Both the position numbers and the translations under genes were made by a program. The notes beneath the pieces are model-generated. The model worked only from the letters and a program-made list of their open reading frames with translations, was not told where the DNA came from and did not search any database. A DNA stretch of 64,000 nucleotides. Origin: Neocallimastix sp. 'constans'. Its lineage: Eukaryota. The stretch spans positions 1 through 64,000 of the forward strand of contig JBODTK010000013.1 of the NCBI GenBank assembly GCA_050613775.1, given 5' to 3'. This document shows, piece after piece, positions 13,701 through 26,684 of the stretch; within the stretch, counting starts at the first letter, position 1; each line of letters starts with the position of its first letter.

Positions 13701-16700
13701 ATATTTTTATTTTTATTTCAATTTCTTATTGTTTTAGTATCTTTTTATTCAAAACAATTTAAAAAAAATTAAAATATGAAATAGTTAAAAAAATTAAATA
13801 AATAAGATTCAAATATTTTTAAAAATATGATTAAGTTTTTTTTTGATAATACTTTTTATATTAATAATCTTTATATATATATATATATATTTTTAATAGT
13901 TTCAGACAATCATGGTGTGAAATTATTTGATTCCAATAAATTAATCAGCACTAATAATGGTACTCCTTCTTCTGAAAGTGTCTTATCTCTTTATATCTGT
14001 AAATCTGAAGGTGTCTGTACTCTGGCGGAAGGTTATACAAATATTAATAGCAAATATTATAAAATTAAAGCTTCAGAGTCATCAGAAATGATTGAGAGTG
14101 ATTATATAGATAGTTGTTCATTAAGTAATGCTGGTAAATTAGAAAAAACTGAAAGAAAATTTTGTATTGGTGATACTGATAGCATCTCATTCCCAACAAG
14201 TTATAAAAATTATATTATTAACGAAGATGGAACATATAAATTTGTAAAAACTATAGAAAATATAATTGCTAAAATATCATTGAAAGGTAAATAATAATTA
14301 CTTTTAAAAATATAATATTATTGTAATAATTATAAATATTAAATATATAAATTAAAAAAAATGTTAGTTAAAGGGTAAAAAAAAAAAAAAAAAAGAAAAA
14401 CAGAAAATGATTATTAGTGTTATTTTTTTAGATTACAAAATTTTATATTAATTAAATAATTACTAATATTATTAATAAAAATAATGAAAAACTTAATTAT
14501 TTAGAATATGTTCTATTAATTTTTTTTAATTTTTTTTTTGACTTTTTTAAAAATAAAATAGATTATTAATTTATTCTTTTTTTTTTCATATCATTTTAAT
14601 AATAAACAATTGAAAAAATATTATATTATAATTCAATAGATAACGATGGTACTAGTACTATAGATGTAAGTCATCTAGAAGATTTAAATTTGATTGATTG
14701 TGAAAATGCAAAAATTATTAACATGTTTGACGAAAACTTAAAAGCTTCTCTATTAACTCCCAATATTGGTAATTTAGCCCTTTTTAGATGTGAAAATAAT
14801 GATAAAATATGTAAACAGACTTATGGTTATTTGGTTTCCAGTGACGTTGATGATGAAAAAATATATTATTCTTTTGCTGTTGATGCTACAAATGGAATTA
14901 CCTTAGACAGTTTTGCTTCAGAACCAACCTGTAGTGATACGGATTTTGCAAAAATACAAAAAAATGGGGGAGAACTTTGTCTTAATAGTAATATTAAACT
15001 TTCAATAAATGATAGTAATATTTATTCTATATCAACAGAAAAAGAAAGTATATTTTCCAAAGCAAGTACTACTAAACAAAGTGTAATTGTTAGATCAAAT
15101 GGTAGAGCCTTTTATTTGGATAATTATTACAAGGAAAAAGGAGTGAATCTTTTTGTTTCCAACACTAAAAGTGAAGCAACCTTGGTGACTGATGAAAACA
15201 TTAATAATACTTCACTTTGTACGTGTACCAGAGAAGGTATTTGTACTGACATTGAAGGTTATATCAAACATGATAATACATATTATAAAATTGCAGATAC
15301 TGATCAATCAGCACAAAATGAAAAGGTATCGGATGATAATTTTGGAAAAACATGCTCCTCCAGTGATGATGGTGTAAAATTACTTTCTTATGGAAAACTT
15401 TGTCTCGGCATGGAAAGTATAGATTTCTTTTCGGAGGATAAAAAAGGATATTACATCGGTTTTTCAGGTGGTGACGCTAAATTTATACGAGCTATCAAAA
15501 ATATATTTACAATAGAAGCCTTGACTGGTAATTAAATGAAAAATATATTTTTAAGCTTATACTTATTATTAGAATTTTTACATATTAAAAAAAATGTTTT
15601 TAATAACTTCATTTAATGAAAAAAAATTATGAATAAAAATAATTTTTTATTATGATTAAAAATTCATATTTTTATATATATAACAAATAATTAATCAGAA
15701 TTAATTTATTAAAAAATAAAATATATTATTATAATTTATTTATTGTTTTAAATTAATAAATAATAGATAACGCTCTTTCGGATGGTGCAAATTTAGTAAA
15801 TGTGGAGACTACATCTATTGTGACTACACCTGCAATTGCTGATATTACCCCAGTATTAAAGAACTTGTTGTATTTTAATTGCTATATGACTAATTCAGTT
15901 TGTAAACAAACTGTGGGGTATTTAAAAGCTAATGATGCTACTACTTCTAGTGGTTATTACGCTATCTATAATTCCAGTGATTTTAATGATGAAGTTGTGT
16001 CGTTTTGTACATCGAATAATATAGAAGAAAACGGGAAGTTGACTAATGATGGAAAACTCTGTTCAGGAAAGGTTTCGATTGAATTGAATACATCAGCTTC
16101 AAATTATATTATATCTAAACCAAATGATTCTACTCCATTTAAAAGTAATAGTGGTGAAATTATTATAGTGAGTGCCACAAATACTAATATTATTCTAAAT
16201 AATCTTTATGGCGATGCAGGACCAAATTTCATTGACAAAGAAAAAATGATGGTATATAAATTACCATCAAGTATTGATGCTGATATAGTTGAAAAATTAT
16301 TGCTTTTCAATTGTGGAAGAAATGGTATATGCCTTTCTAATACTGGCTACATTACCGATGGTAATAACTATTTTGAAATAAAAAATAAAATTGAAGATAC
16401 CTCTTCTACTCTTAATAAAAATAAGGAATGCACATTCAGTGAGAATATTGGGGAAATTAATAAAGGACATGAACTTGTCATCAACACTAATGAAAGTATA
16501 CCATTTCTTTCAGATAATGAAAAAGCTGACTATATTATTAAAGAAGGAACATTATTAGTTCGTGCAATTCCTGGTATTTTTTCTATTGGTAGTATTATCA
16601 ATCCTTTAAATGAAAATGGATTGTATGGGGTTATACGTGATAGTGGGACCGCTTTCAAATTACCAACACTTTCAGATGAAATTGAAGAAGGATTAAGTAG

Positions 16701-19700
16701 TCTGGGATTGTATGATTGTGATGAAAACAAGATTTGTAAACAAACCTATGGTTATTTAAAATCAACCAATAATGACCCTGGTTATTATTCTTTAAGTATT
16801 GATGGTACAATTACAAGAATTGTACCAGATAGTATTTGTAATGAATTTGGTCTTATCAAAGATTGGAAACTTTGCTTAAAAAGTAATGATTCAATTGAAG
16901 TAACTAATGGTAATATATATATAATTGATGCCACTAAGGGTAGTGTATTCAGTGAAAGTACACCAAATTCATATGTCATGTTGAAAGCAAAGTCAAATTC
17001 ATTGACATTAAAAATTATGGATAATAGTTACCATGTCAGTAAAAATGATGGAAATGTTATCACAGCAGCCAGTGGAAGTGATCTTGAAAAATATAACGGA
17101 AGTGTTGGTATTTATGGATGTGAAAGAAAGTCAAGTACTTGTACATTGATATCTGGATATGCTATATATAACTCAAAATATTATATTTTTAAAGAAAATA
17201 CATTAGGAGCCACTGAGTATACGACTATAAGTGAGATTGATTCTACAAAGCCTAACTACTGCCAAAACAATATAGGACTTATTGTCACAGAATCAAGCAA
17301 ATATTATCTTTGTTTAGGAGATGAAATTAGTGTTGAACTTTTTCAGGGTAATGATGGAAATTATATTGCTTTTGAGGCTGTGGCAACTGGAAGTCCATTA
17401 GAAGCTAAAAAAATGATTAAATATTCAAATGAAAGTTCTATTAGTTATATTGTTAATGACGAATATTTTGAAGGAAAGGATAGAAATTATGTAATTAAAG
17501 TTCCAAATTCTAATCTTAGTCCTCAAGAAAATTACTATCTCTACCTTTCAGATAATGGTAGCTACTCTCTTAATGATGAAAGAAGTATTGGAGCATATAA
17601 ACAATTGAATGAAGGAAATATCTATGAAGATATTTCTTCAGAACTTTCATGTGAAGATAGCGTTTATCTCTTCTTTTGTGAATCAGGAGAATGTATTGAA
17701 ACTATTGGTTATATGAATATTGATAGCATAATGTATACAAATGATAATACATCTGGAAAATGGGAAGAAAGAGAAAAAACAAATAACTGTTCACCATTAG
17801 AATATAATTATGTTAGTTATGATGGCTCACAACTGAAGGTATGCATGAGAAATGATAATAGCAACGCATATTTGGTAGTTGAACAAAGTAAGGATTATAT
17901 GATAGCTATAGGATCAACAAATAGTTATCAAAAATTTATTGGTAATTCCGGATCATCAATCATTGGAAAGCCAGATGAAAAGGATGGTTATTATCTTATA
18001 AAAGATAATATTATAATTACTAATACAAGCGAAGAAAGTAATATTATTGTCATGTGTCAAAATACAGAATGTACTATCATAAAAGCTGAAGATGGTTATT
18101 ATCCAGATGCTAATGGAAACGCTGTTATCCATTGTACAAGCGAAGGCGAAAATATTACCTGTAAATTGGAAATAGTAAATAAATCATCTACATTTATTGA
18201 TGCAGGAGATACAAGTCATTTAATTTATTGTGAAGTGGATACTGATAATAAAGTTTATTGTTCTTCATTTGAAAGTAATGCAAGTGAAGAAAAGCAGGAA
18301 CATTATGTAAGCGGTGATGAAAAACTTATTACCTGTACTTTCAATGGAGAAAAACCGGAATGTGTCATTGAAGGTAGTACCTTTAATGGATACTTTATAG
18401 ATTCTGCACCACAACAAAGTACAGATAAAAAAATTATTAGATGTGCTGATTCTATTTGTGAAGAAATTAAAATAAATGAGTTAAATCTAACTGGACCTGG
18501 AAGTCTTAAAAATGATGCTGATTGTATTTCAATAGAAATCAATGAAAGTACTTCTATCAAAGTAGAAATTGGATGCGAAACAAGTTATCAATCCATTGAT
18601 GTTGAAGCTAATGTATTCCCAGGGATCCATGAAAAAAGTATAATTTCCATTAAAATTGATAAAGACGGTAGTATTATTTATCTTGAAGATACTTCATTGG
18701 AAACTTGCGAAAGCAGTTGCACAAATGAAGTTTATTGTTGGGATTCTCAAAATAATAAAATTCAAACCGAAGTTAATCAAGTTTGTGAAAATATCAATGG
18801 AAAAAATCATGTAGAACTTACTGAAGCTGGAAAAGCCATTCTATTTTATGATAATAATGGAAAAAATATTGAAGAGCCTACTATGGATACACCAAATATT
18901 ATGGCTTATCAGTGCACTTTTGTGGAAGGTGAGAATTTACCCCAAGAAAAATGTATCCTTGTTAAGGGATATCTTATTTCTAAAGATAATAAAATTCTTC
19001 AATGTAATGGATGGAAGCGTGAAGGATGTACCATTGTAGAAAATTCAGGTCCCTGTGTTGATGGAGATGAAGGAAGATTAGGAGAAGGAGATAATGGTAA
19101 AGAAGTTTGTTTCGGTAAAAATTTAGGAGTTCCTCTTCCAACAAAAGAAGATGAAGTAAGATATGTAGCATTTCGAGTTAATAATGTTAAAAATAATTAT
19201 GTTAATGAAATTTACGGTAAGAATAAAGGAGAAATTGTTTTCCTTGCTTTAACTAAAAATTCAGTATTAGTAGCAGAAGACTCTGAAGCCATTAATGAAG
19301 GTATATATTTGAATTGGAGTGCTGAAAGTTTAGATGATGGTTTAATTGATTGTACTGTAAAAGGTAGTATTGAAGAATGTAATATAAAAGCTGGGTTAGG
19401 GTATTATCTTGATGCTAGTTCTTTAATTAAAAAAGAGGAAAAAAAAAGAAAAAGAAGTAATGAAAACGATTCCTATAATTGGTTAATTAAATGTGAAAAA
19501 GGAACTAAATGTCAGTTAATCTCACCAAATAAAGGTTATTATATAAATGCTGATGTTTCAAATGAGCTTCTTAAAGCATTAATTAGATGTCCTGATGAAA
19601 CCTATTGTATTGCTTATGATGGAAATTCAAACGATATATATATAAATAATGATGATAGTAAACTTATTCAATGTAACTCAGATAAATGCTTAAGTGTTAC

Positions 19701-22700
19701 TGAAAATACAAATATGTTAGGTAATACTAATATTCCTACTTATTTTAAAAATGCTGACGAAGCAGCTGATGATTCATCTGTTCTGATAAAATGTTCAGGT
19801 ACTTGTATAACAATATCGGCCGAAAGTAATAGTGTTTTTCTTAATGGTAACCTAAAGGTAGATATCACAAATGAAAATGGAGAAAGTGGAAAACCTTTAA
19901 TTATTTGTAATAATAAAAGTTACAGCGGAACAGATGCTTCCTCAATAGAATGTAAAACTTCAGAAGCAGAAGGAGCTGAGAGTTATTATATTAACGCTGG
20001 AGATTATATAACTAATAATAATAAAAAATTACCTCTTATTAAATGTGAATCAAATAGTGAATGTGAAAGTAAAGAAGCAATCATTGCTACAGAAGCTTCT
20101 GAAGTCTTTTATATAAATAGTAATTATGGTGAAGAAAAAGATAATGAAAATTATTTGATTAAATGTACATCCGATACAGAATGTGAATATTATAATAATG
20201 ACAAAACCGATGACAATACTGAGCATTATGTTCATGGTGAAGCTGAAGGAATTAAAAATGCTATAATTGAATGTAATATGGAAGAAATAACGGTTAATGA
20301 GGAAGAAGAAAAGAAATATAAAGCTTCTTGTAGATTAATTGAAGATCCATTATCAAAAAATGTATATATAAGTACTTATAATCAAAAACAAATCATTGTT
20401 TGCTCTACCACTGAATGTACTGCTCAAGATAATGGTTCAACTCCAAAGAAAACTGAATATTATATTAACACCGATCCAGAAAATAAAATAAATTCGCTTA
20501 TTAAGTGTTCATATAATGATAATTGCATAACAGTTGAAGAATATGATGAATTTGAAAACGAAAATCAAGTTTTTTTAAATTCAAACTTTGGTAAAGCTGA
20601 TGATGAAAATCAACTTATTAAATGTGAAGATGGTAGTTGTGAATTAGCTAAGAGTGGAGCTACACCAGATAAACCAGAATATTATTTTAATTCAGGAGAT
20701 TCAGATACTTCTGGTGATTATCGAGGTGATGTCATTGAATGTATTACAAATGAAGATAACAAAGTAACTTGTGACTCAATAACTTCGAGTGAAGGTAGTG
20801 TTTACATTAATGCCAATTATGATAATGATAAAAATGAAAATCAACTTATCATCTGTGAAAATAAAGTATGTAAAGAAAAATTAATTGAATATACCGACGA
20901 AAAAACTGAATATACTTTTGTTAATGCTGGAAAAGAAAATGAAGGTGGCATAATCAAATGTTATAAAACAATTAATGAAGGAAAATGTACAGTTAGTGAA
21001 CTAGGTAAAGAAGAAACTTTTATTGATGATAATACTGGTCAGTTGATTGTTTGCGATGAGAATGGTTGTAAACCAAAATCTACAGGTGCTTCAACAGATA
21101 GTAATGAATATTATTTGAGTGGAGAGGAAATAATTAAGTGTGAAGTTATTGATGGCGAAAAAATTTGTAAAAAAGTAGTACCTATTCCTACTATTGATGA
21201 TGGGGTATTTATCGATTCATCTAATCCAAATCAAATCATTTATTGTGATGGTAATAAATGTTATTCTAAGCCATCCACTGCTGATGATGATAAACCTCAA
21301 TACTTTATTAATGGTGATCCTGATAGTGATTTGATAGAATGTAGAAAGAATGGAGAAAAAATAACCTGCAAAGCCATTAATGGTAATGATGGTGATGTCT
21401 TTTTAAATGGAAGTTATCCAGAACCCGATCAAAATAATCAAATTATTAAATGTAATTCTGAAACATGTATAGCCACTACCATATCCGGAGGTTCTGTGGA
21501 TTCTGATGAAAATCCTCAATATTTCGTAAATACTGGAAATAAAAACAGTAATAAGATGAAAGATGCCTTAATTGTATGTGTGAAGTCAATTTGTGAATTA
21601 AAGGATGGTAGTATAAATGATGTGTATGTTAATAGTGATGAGGAAACAAAGAATGACAAGCCTTTAATTAAATGTGAAAAACTTGGATGCAGTATAAGTA
21701 GTAGTGGTGCCACCAAAGGTAATAATGAAATTTACATAAATGCTGGAAAGGATGAAGGAACTTCATCTGATAATACCTCATCAAAAAAAGGTATTATTGA
21801 ATGCTCTATTGATTCAAGTAATAAAAAGGTGACATGCATTGTAATGAAATCAGATGATGTTCAAGAAGGTCTCTATCTCAATTCAAATTACTCTGAGAAC
21901 GGTGATACCAATCAAATGATTAAATGTACTAAAAAAGATGGATGTATAGGAATGACAATAACGGAGGGAATAGATACAGAATATTATGTAAATGGAGAAA
22001 GTACTGGTCTAGAGAATGCCATTATAGCCTGCATGAATACAAAATGTGAGAAGCAAACACCAACAGGTGTTCCATCCTATTATGTAGGAAAAGATGAAAA
22101 TGGCAATCAAGGGTTAATTGAATGTGTAGAGACCACAATTTCCAATCGAAGAAGATCCACAAGAAGTACTATTCAAAAATGTACCTGGAGGCCGGCTTTT
22201 ACTTCTAAAAGTTATTATTTAAATAATGGGTATAACAAATTATCTTATCCATTGATCCAATGTAATTCCTTGGAAGGATGTAACCCAATAGGGGCAGAAA
22301 TTGGATACTATGTTAATGCTGGTAATTCACAGAAGCCTGTCATTGTTTGTGAAAGAGAAAATAGCGAATGTTACGAAAGAACGTCTCCTAACTGTCCAGA
22401 GCCAGCAATGGCTGTTCCAGGAAATTATTGTTATGAAGATGGACAATTGAAGTTCTATAAATCTAAAGATTCTGATGTTGTCCATGCCTCCAAAAATAAA
22501 GATATTTTCGTATCTGCTACCATTCCAAAGAACGGATTCCCAGGAATTCGAAGTTCAACATTTGCTTTATTTAAAGTCTCATATTACTCTATAAATCGTT
22601 ATTACAAAAGTGGCTCCATTATTGTAGATAGAAACGGTAATGTGGTCGATTCCATGGATGGGGATCAATCGGATTATACAATCTATACGTGTGATGAAAT

Positions 22701-25536
22701 TACGAAAGTGTGTACCGAAAGTAAAGGTTGTTCCCCCAATACCTATCTCTATGATGCCATCAATAAAAAGGCCATTCGTTGTAATGAGGAAGGAAAAATG
22801 GAATACACTGATGAGGATGGGTATGTGATTGATGGTTCAGGTGGATCGAAGACATCTACTATTATTTATTGTGATAAGGATGGTGAAAACTGCTATATTA
22901 TTAATCCTAACCAATCTAACGGTAACGGTCACGGTGGCCGTGACAACAATGGTAGCAATAAAATACCGAAAACGGTGTATTATACAAATGGTAATAACTT
23001 AATAAAATGTACCAATGGTATTTGTGTAAAAGTAAGTGTTAAGCCAGGGAATTATTTAGGTTACGGAGAAAATGGAATACTTGGTATTATTCATTGTAAC
23101 GCCAATAATGAATGTATCTTCATTTATTCTGATAATGGTGTCAAATATTTAAATTCTGGTTCTGATCGAAACCTTTATCCCCTTATAGAATGTACCCTCA
23201 ATGAGGGATGTTATGTAACAGAAGGTAATCCCGGATATTATCTCACTTCCTCGAGTAAGACTTTAATATTTTGTAAAAGTTTCATAACTTGTTACGAAAT
23301 AAATCCCATCGAACACTACTATTTCAATGCCGACTGTACAGAAGAAAATAACACCATCATAAAATGTGTGGAAGCTGGTAATGTGATTTCCTGTTTCCTT
23401 GAAGATGCCCTCAGTGGTTACTATTTGACAAGTGAACCAGATATATTAGTTCAATGTCGTATTGGAAATAGATGTAAAGAAATTCGTGTTCATAATGGAA
23501 TCTTCCGAAGAGCCCTAAAAGGAGAAGTTTCCATTAAAAGACGTTCTGAACTTGAAAAAGATCTTCAATTCGAGATCAGGAATTCTTTGAATAAGAAACT
23601 TTCTAAAAGAAAGAATGAATCACTAGAGGTTAATGATAATTCAGAAAATATAATTGACACTTTTAAAAATAAAGAATTGAAAGAAGAAAGTAAAATCTTT
23701 AGTACTAGAGACACCAATGATGTCTATGATATTATTCGTTGTGTGGAAGGTAAATGTGCTGCTTTAACCATTAGTGAATTGGCTGCTGTTCCCATCTGTG
23801 AATTCAGTAATAATAAATGCTATATCACACTCGAGTATTCCATGACGAAAAAAGCGACAAGCTCGATAGAGGCTGGTGATTTCTGTACAAATAGTGACCA
23901 TTCCATTCTCTATTTTGCCACTGATACTATTGTGGTGAAACCGAATGTTATTTCTGGAAAAACAGCCACCTACGTCTATACGACCTCTACCACTAATTGT
24001 CTTGAAGCTAACGATTCCTATCACGATAAGTATTATGCAGAGAAATCGAGTATCTATACCATCGATGTAGATTGTATTATTCAAATCTACGAAACCGCCT
24101 ATATCTTTTTGAATAATAAAGAAAACAGAATTGTAAGAAGCCGTGATATTGATGAATACAATGATAACAATGTTGAATTGTATCGTTGTAAAGGAAGTCA
24201 TTGTCGTCCTGTTGATGCTCTTAATACTATTACCTATATTGCTGACATTAATAAGAGAATCCTGAAATATGATGTAAATAATAAATTGTATTCGTTTGTC
24301 TATGACAAGGATATCATTTGTATCTTCAAAGATAATAAATGCACCCCCAATGCTGATATGAAGAAGAATGAATTCTGTATCACTTATAAGGGAGAACTTG
24401 TTCTAGTCCAATCCTCTATTAAAAATCGTGAAACTGGAGAATGTTACCTCTCCGAAGGTATTAATTCTTACATCTATGGCTATGGCTTCTCTCAACACCT
24501 CTACCATATGAATCAATTTACAGCTCAAATGGTAGATCAAACCGGATACTACATCATTAATATGTTTACAAATACCACAATCGAAAGAAGTACGTATCTT
24601 TCCAAAAATATTAATCTTGTAATGTATACTTGCACGCATTCTTCCTGTCATATCTATGAACCTCATGAAGATACATATTATTATGACTCCCAGGCTAAAA
24701 CCATTTATAGATATAAAGATAGGGATTATAGCTTACCAAGTACTTCAGGTTATGCCTATATCTCCATTGATCCTACTCAAACTTACATTTATAAGTTTGT
24801 GAAAGCAGAATCAGATGAAATAAAGATACAAGCCATGGCCAACGACGGTTATTACTATACAATAGATAAAGAAATGTATTATTGTAATCTAGGTGAGGAC
24901 CATGACTGTAGTCCTATTGATGAAACAGGCTACTACATAACGAATACAGGTGCTATTTACTACTGTATTCATGATTCTGAAGAGTTGGAAGCGACCGAAT
25001 GTACGAAGCAATTCTGTATCAATGGTCAATATTATTATATTGAGGAGACTTATTATCGCTGTGATAGTCATTCCAATTTCGTTCCAATGAAATCACGGTA
25101 CTGTTCCTACGATGAAAATGTCGTCATTAATTTCCCGTTAGCCTTAACAGAAGAATTACCAGGAAATGTTAAACAGGCTGTTAAGGATATTAGTAGGCAT
25201 AACAACTCTACAGCAGTATCTTATCATCGTGGAAAGAATTATTTAAAATCAATTAGTGGTATCTTTACTAATTGTACATACAACGAGGAAGAAAGTACCT
25301 CCATGTTTGATCTGGTCTGTATCAATAACTATGTTAATATTGATAAAGAAACGGATGAAGTTAGAATTTGTTCTATTGAGCAACTTGGCTATGTGGAATG
25401 TATAGAAAATGAAGAAAATCCAGAAAAATGTAATATCAGTAGTGATTCTAATTTAATAAAATCCTCTATATTTACGATCATATTCTTTATTTTAATATCT
25501 GAAATTTTCATATTCAACTTCTTAATAGAAATTTAA
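4690..25536 (+). CDS. Giant secreted/membrane-anchored Cys-rich repeat protein, fungal scaffoldin family (12 exons, ~5260 aa)
   Basis: Hand-spliced exons: 4690-4712, 5833-5879, 6030-6806, 7012-7965, 8565-9401, 9660-10085, 11481-11861, 12213-13061, 13215-13658, 13900-14286, 14640-15527, 15767-25536. All introns are GT-AG and frame-consistent, and the total of 15783 nt is divisible by 3. The N-terminus MLGWKYFCLYFILLLYQLQDVLA looks like a signal peptide. There are dozens of (G)YY.N....LI.C...C repeats and a hydrophobic C-terminal tail (IFTIIFFILISEIFIFNFLIEI). This architecture matches the anaerobic-fungal scaffoldins of Haitjema et al. 2017. Exon 1 is the least certain part. Confidence 0.85.
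5833..5879 (+). CDS. Exon 2 of scaffoldin-like gene (signal peptide h/c-region LYFILLLYQLQDVLA)
   Basis: Acceptor TAG at 5830-5832, donor GTAAAT at 5880; joins exon 3 in frame. Confidence 0.75.
6030..6806 (+). CDS. Exon 3 of scaffoldin-like gene (777 nt)
   Basis: ATAG acceptor, GTAATT donor, Cys-rich coding sequence (CSTLGCTKTTGY). Confidence 0.85.
7012..7965 (+). CDS. Exon 4 (A+B repeat cassette, 954 nt)
   Basis: ATAG / GTAAGC boundaries; motifs CKRTFGY and YCNTNGICHSLKGY. Confidence 0.85.
8565..9401 (+). CDS. Exon 5 (A+B repeat cassette, 837 nt)
   Basis: ATAG / GTAATA boundaries (alternative donor 3 nt upstream, same phase); motifs CRQTYGY and LCNTFGICSQVDGF. Confidence 0.8.
9660..10085 (+). 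CDS. Exon 6 (A half-repeat, 426 nt; missed by the ORF track)
   Basis: TAAG / GTAGGT boundaries; open frame containing LALFNCDTNNKICKRTYGY. Confidence 0.8.
10450..10930. repeat. Intronic minisatellite, ~45-bp unit GAACTAGTAATGATAATAATAAAAAATAAACTT(A)n, ~11 copies
   Basis: Directly visible tandem array inside intron 6. Confidence 0.9.
11481..11861 (+). CDS. Exon 7 (B half-repeat, 381 nt)
   Basis: GTAG / GTAAAT boundaries; LSLYICNTEGICFSADGY. Confidence 0.8.
12213..13061 (+). CDS. Exon 8 (A+B repeat cassette, 849 nt)
   Basis: TTAG / GTAATT boundaries; CQQTYGY and YSCEISGICNLEGGF. Confidence 0.85.
13215..13658 (+). CDS. Exon 9 (A half-repeat, 444 nt)
   Basis: CAAG / GTAAGT boundaries; LGLYYC...CKKTTGY. 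Confidence 0.8.
13900..14286 (+). CDS. Exon 10 (B half-repeat, 387 nt), paralogous to exon 7
   Basis: ATAG / GTAAAT boundaries; GVKLFDSNKLIS...LSLYICKSEGVC. Confidence 0.8.
14640..15527 (+). CDS. Exon 11 (A+B repeat cassette, 888 nt)
   Basis: ATAG / GTAATT boundaries; LALFRCENNDKICKQTYGY and CTCTREGICTDIEGY. Confidence 0.85.
15767..25536 (+). CDS. Terminal exon 12 (9.8 kb): scaffoldin-type short Cys repeats, C-terminal core and hydrophobic anchor
   Basis: Uninterrupted 3244-aa ORF in the track, in frame with the ATAG acceptor at 15763-15766. Contains repeated Y(Y/F)IN...LI(K/E)C..C units and ends with LVCINNYV...CSIEQLGYVEC...PEKC plus a hydrophobic tail. Confidence 0.92.
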
Positions 25537-26684
25537 TGAAAATATATATATTAAAAATATATATATATATATATTTATATATTATGTATAATATATATAT
25601 ATATCAAATACTTTTTATCGAAATTTTATATTAGATAAATATAAAAAAACGAAAATTTACATTGAATTAATTTCCTATTTAAAAAGTAAATAGAATAAAA
25701 TTCATACAGGTTTAAAAGAAAAAATAATTCTTTTTTTTTTTTTTTTATTTTTATTTTTTTCAATTAGATACTAGTAAGATTAATTTAATAATCAAATTTC
25801 AATACAATTAAGATAATTAATTTATTATTTCTTATAATTTCATTTATAGTATTATAACAAATATCTTTATATATATATATATATTTCTATATTAATAAAA
25901 GAAAATATATATTTAATATAATTCTATAGATTTAAATTATTTTATTCATAATTTTTTTTTTATTTTTATTTTTTATTTTTTATTTTTTTATTTTCATAAA
26001 TATAAAATTAATATATTTTAATCATCAAATTAAAAATTTTAAAAAATATATATATATATAATAAAAAAATAAATAATAATAAAGGCAAATAATAAACATA
26101 TTAAAATATATAAAATTTTTAAAAAATAATGCATTTTATTATATTTTTTAATTATTACTGCATAAAGAAATTTTTATTTAATAAACTAGAAATTTATATT
26201 TATAAAATGAAATAATTAATTATCTAATATTTATTTTTTTAATATTAAAACTATTGAATGTTTAATAAAATATATTATTTATTATTTATTATTGAATTAA
26301 TATTATGTATTATTAATTATTATTAATAAATATACTTTTTGTTATTTATTGATTATTTATTATTATGTATTATTTATTATTTTTATTTATTATTATTTAT
26401 TATTTATTATTTATTATTTATTTAATTATTAAATAATTAAATAATTATAAACTAAAGAATAAAAAATAATTAAATATTAAATATTGAATATTGAACAATA
26501 AATATAATATTATTAATAAATAATATAAATAATATAAAAGACATAATTATAGAATATCTGAAATATGAGTTTAAATGTATTAAAATGTAATGCATTTAAT
26601 GTAATGTATAAGCCATAATATATTTGTATAAATTGAATGTAAAATTAACTAATTGCAACTCTTTATAATAAATAAAGTTGACTC

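Noticed and set aside
5930..15535. Treating the ORF-track entries as separate small genes
   Set aside because: Each is bounded by GT/AG sites in a consistent phase and runs into AT-rich intron sequence. They are exons of one gene.
8716..25071. Antisense and alternate-frame ORFs overlapping the scaffoldin exons
   Set aside because: These are shadow ORFs of the real coding frame, with no recognisable motifs.
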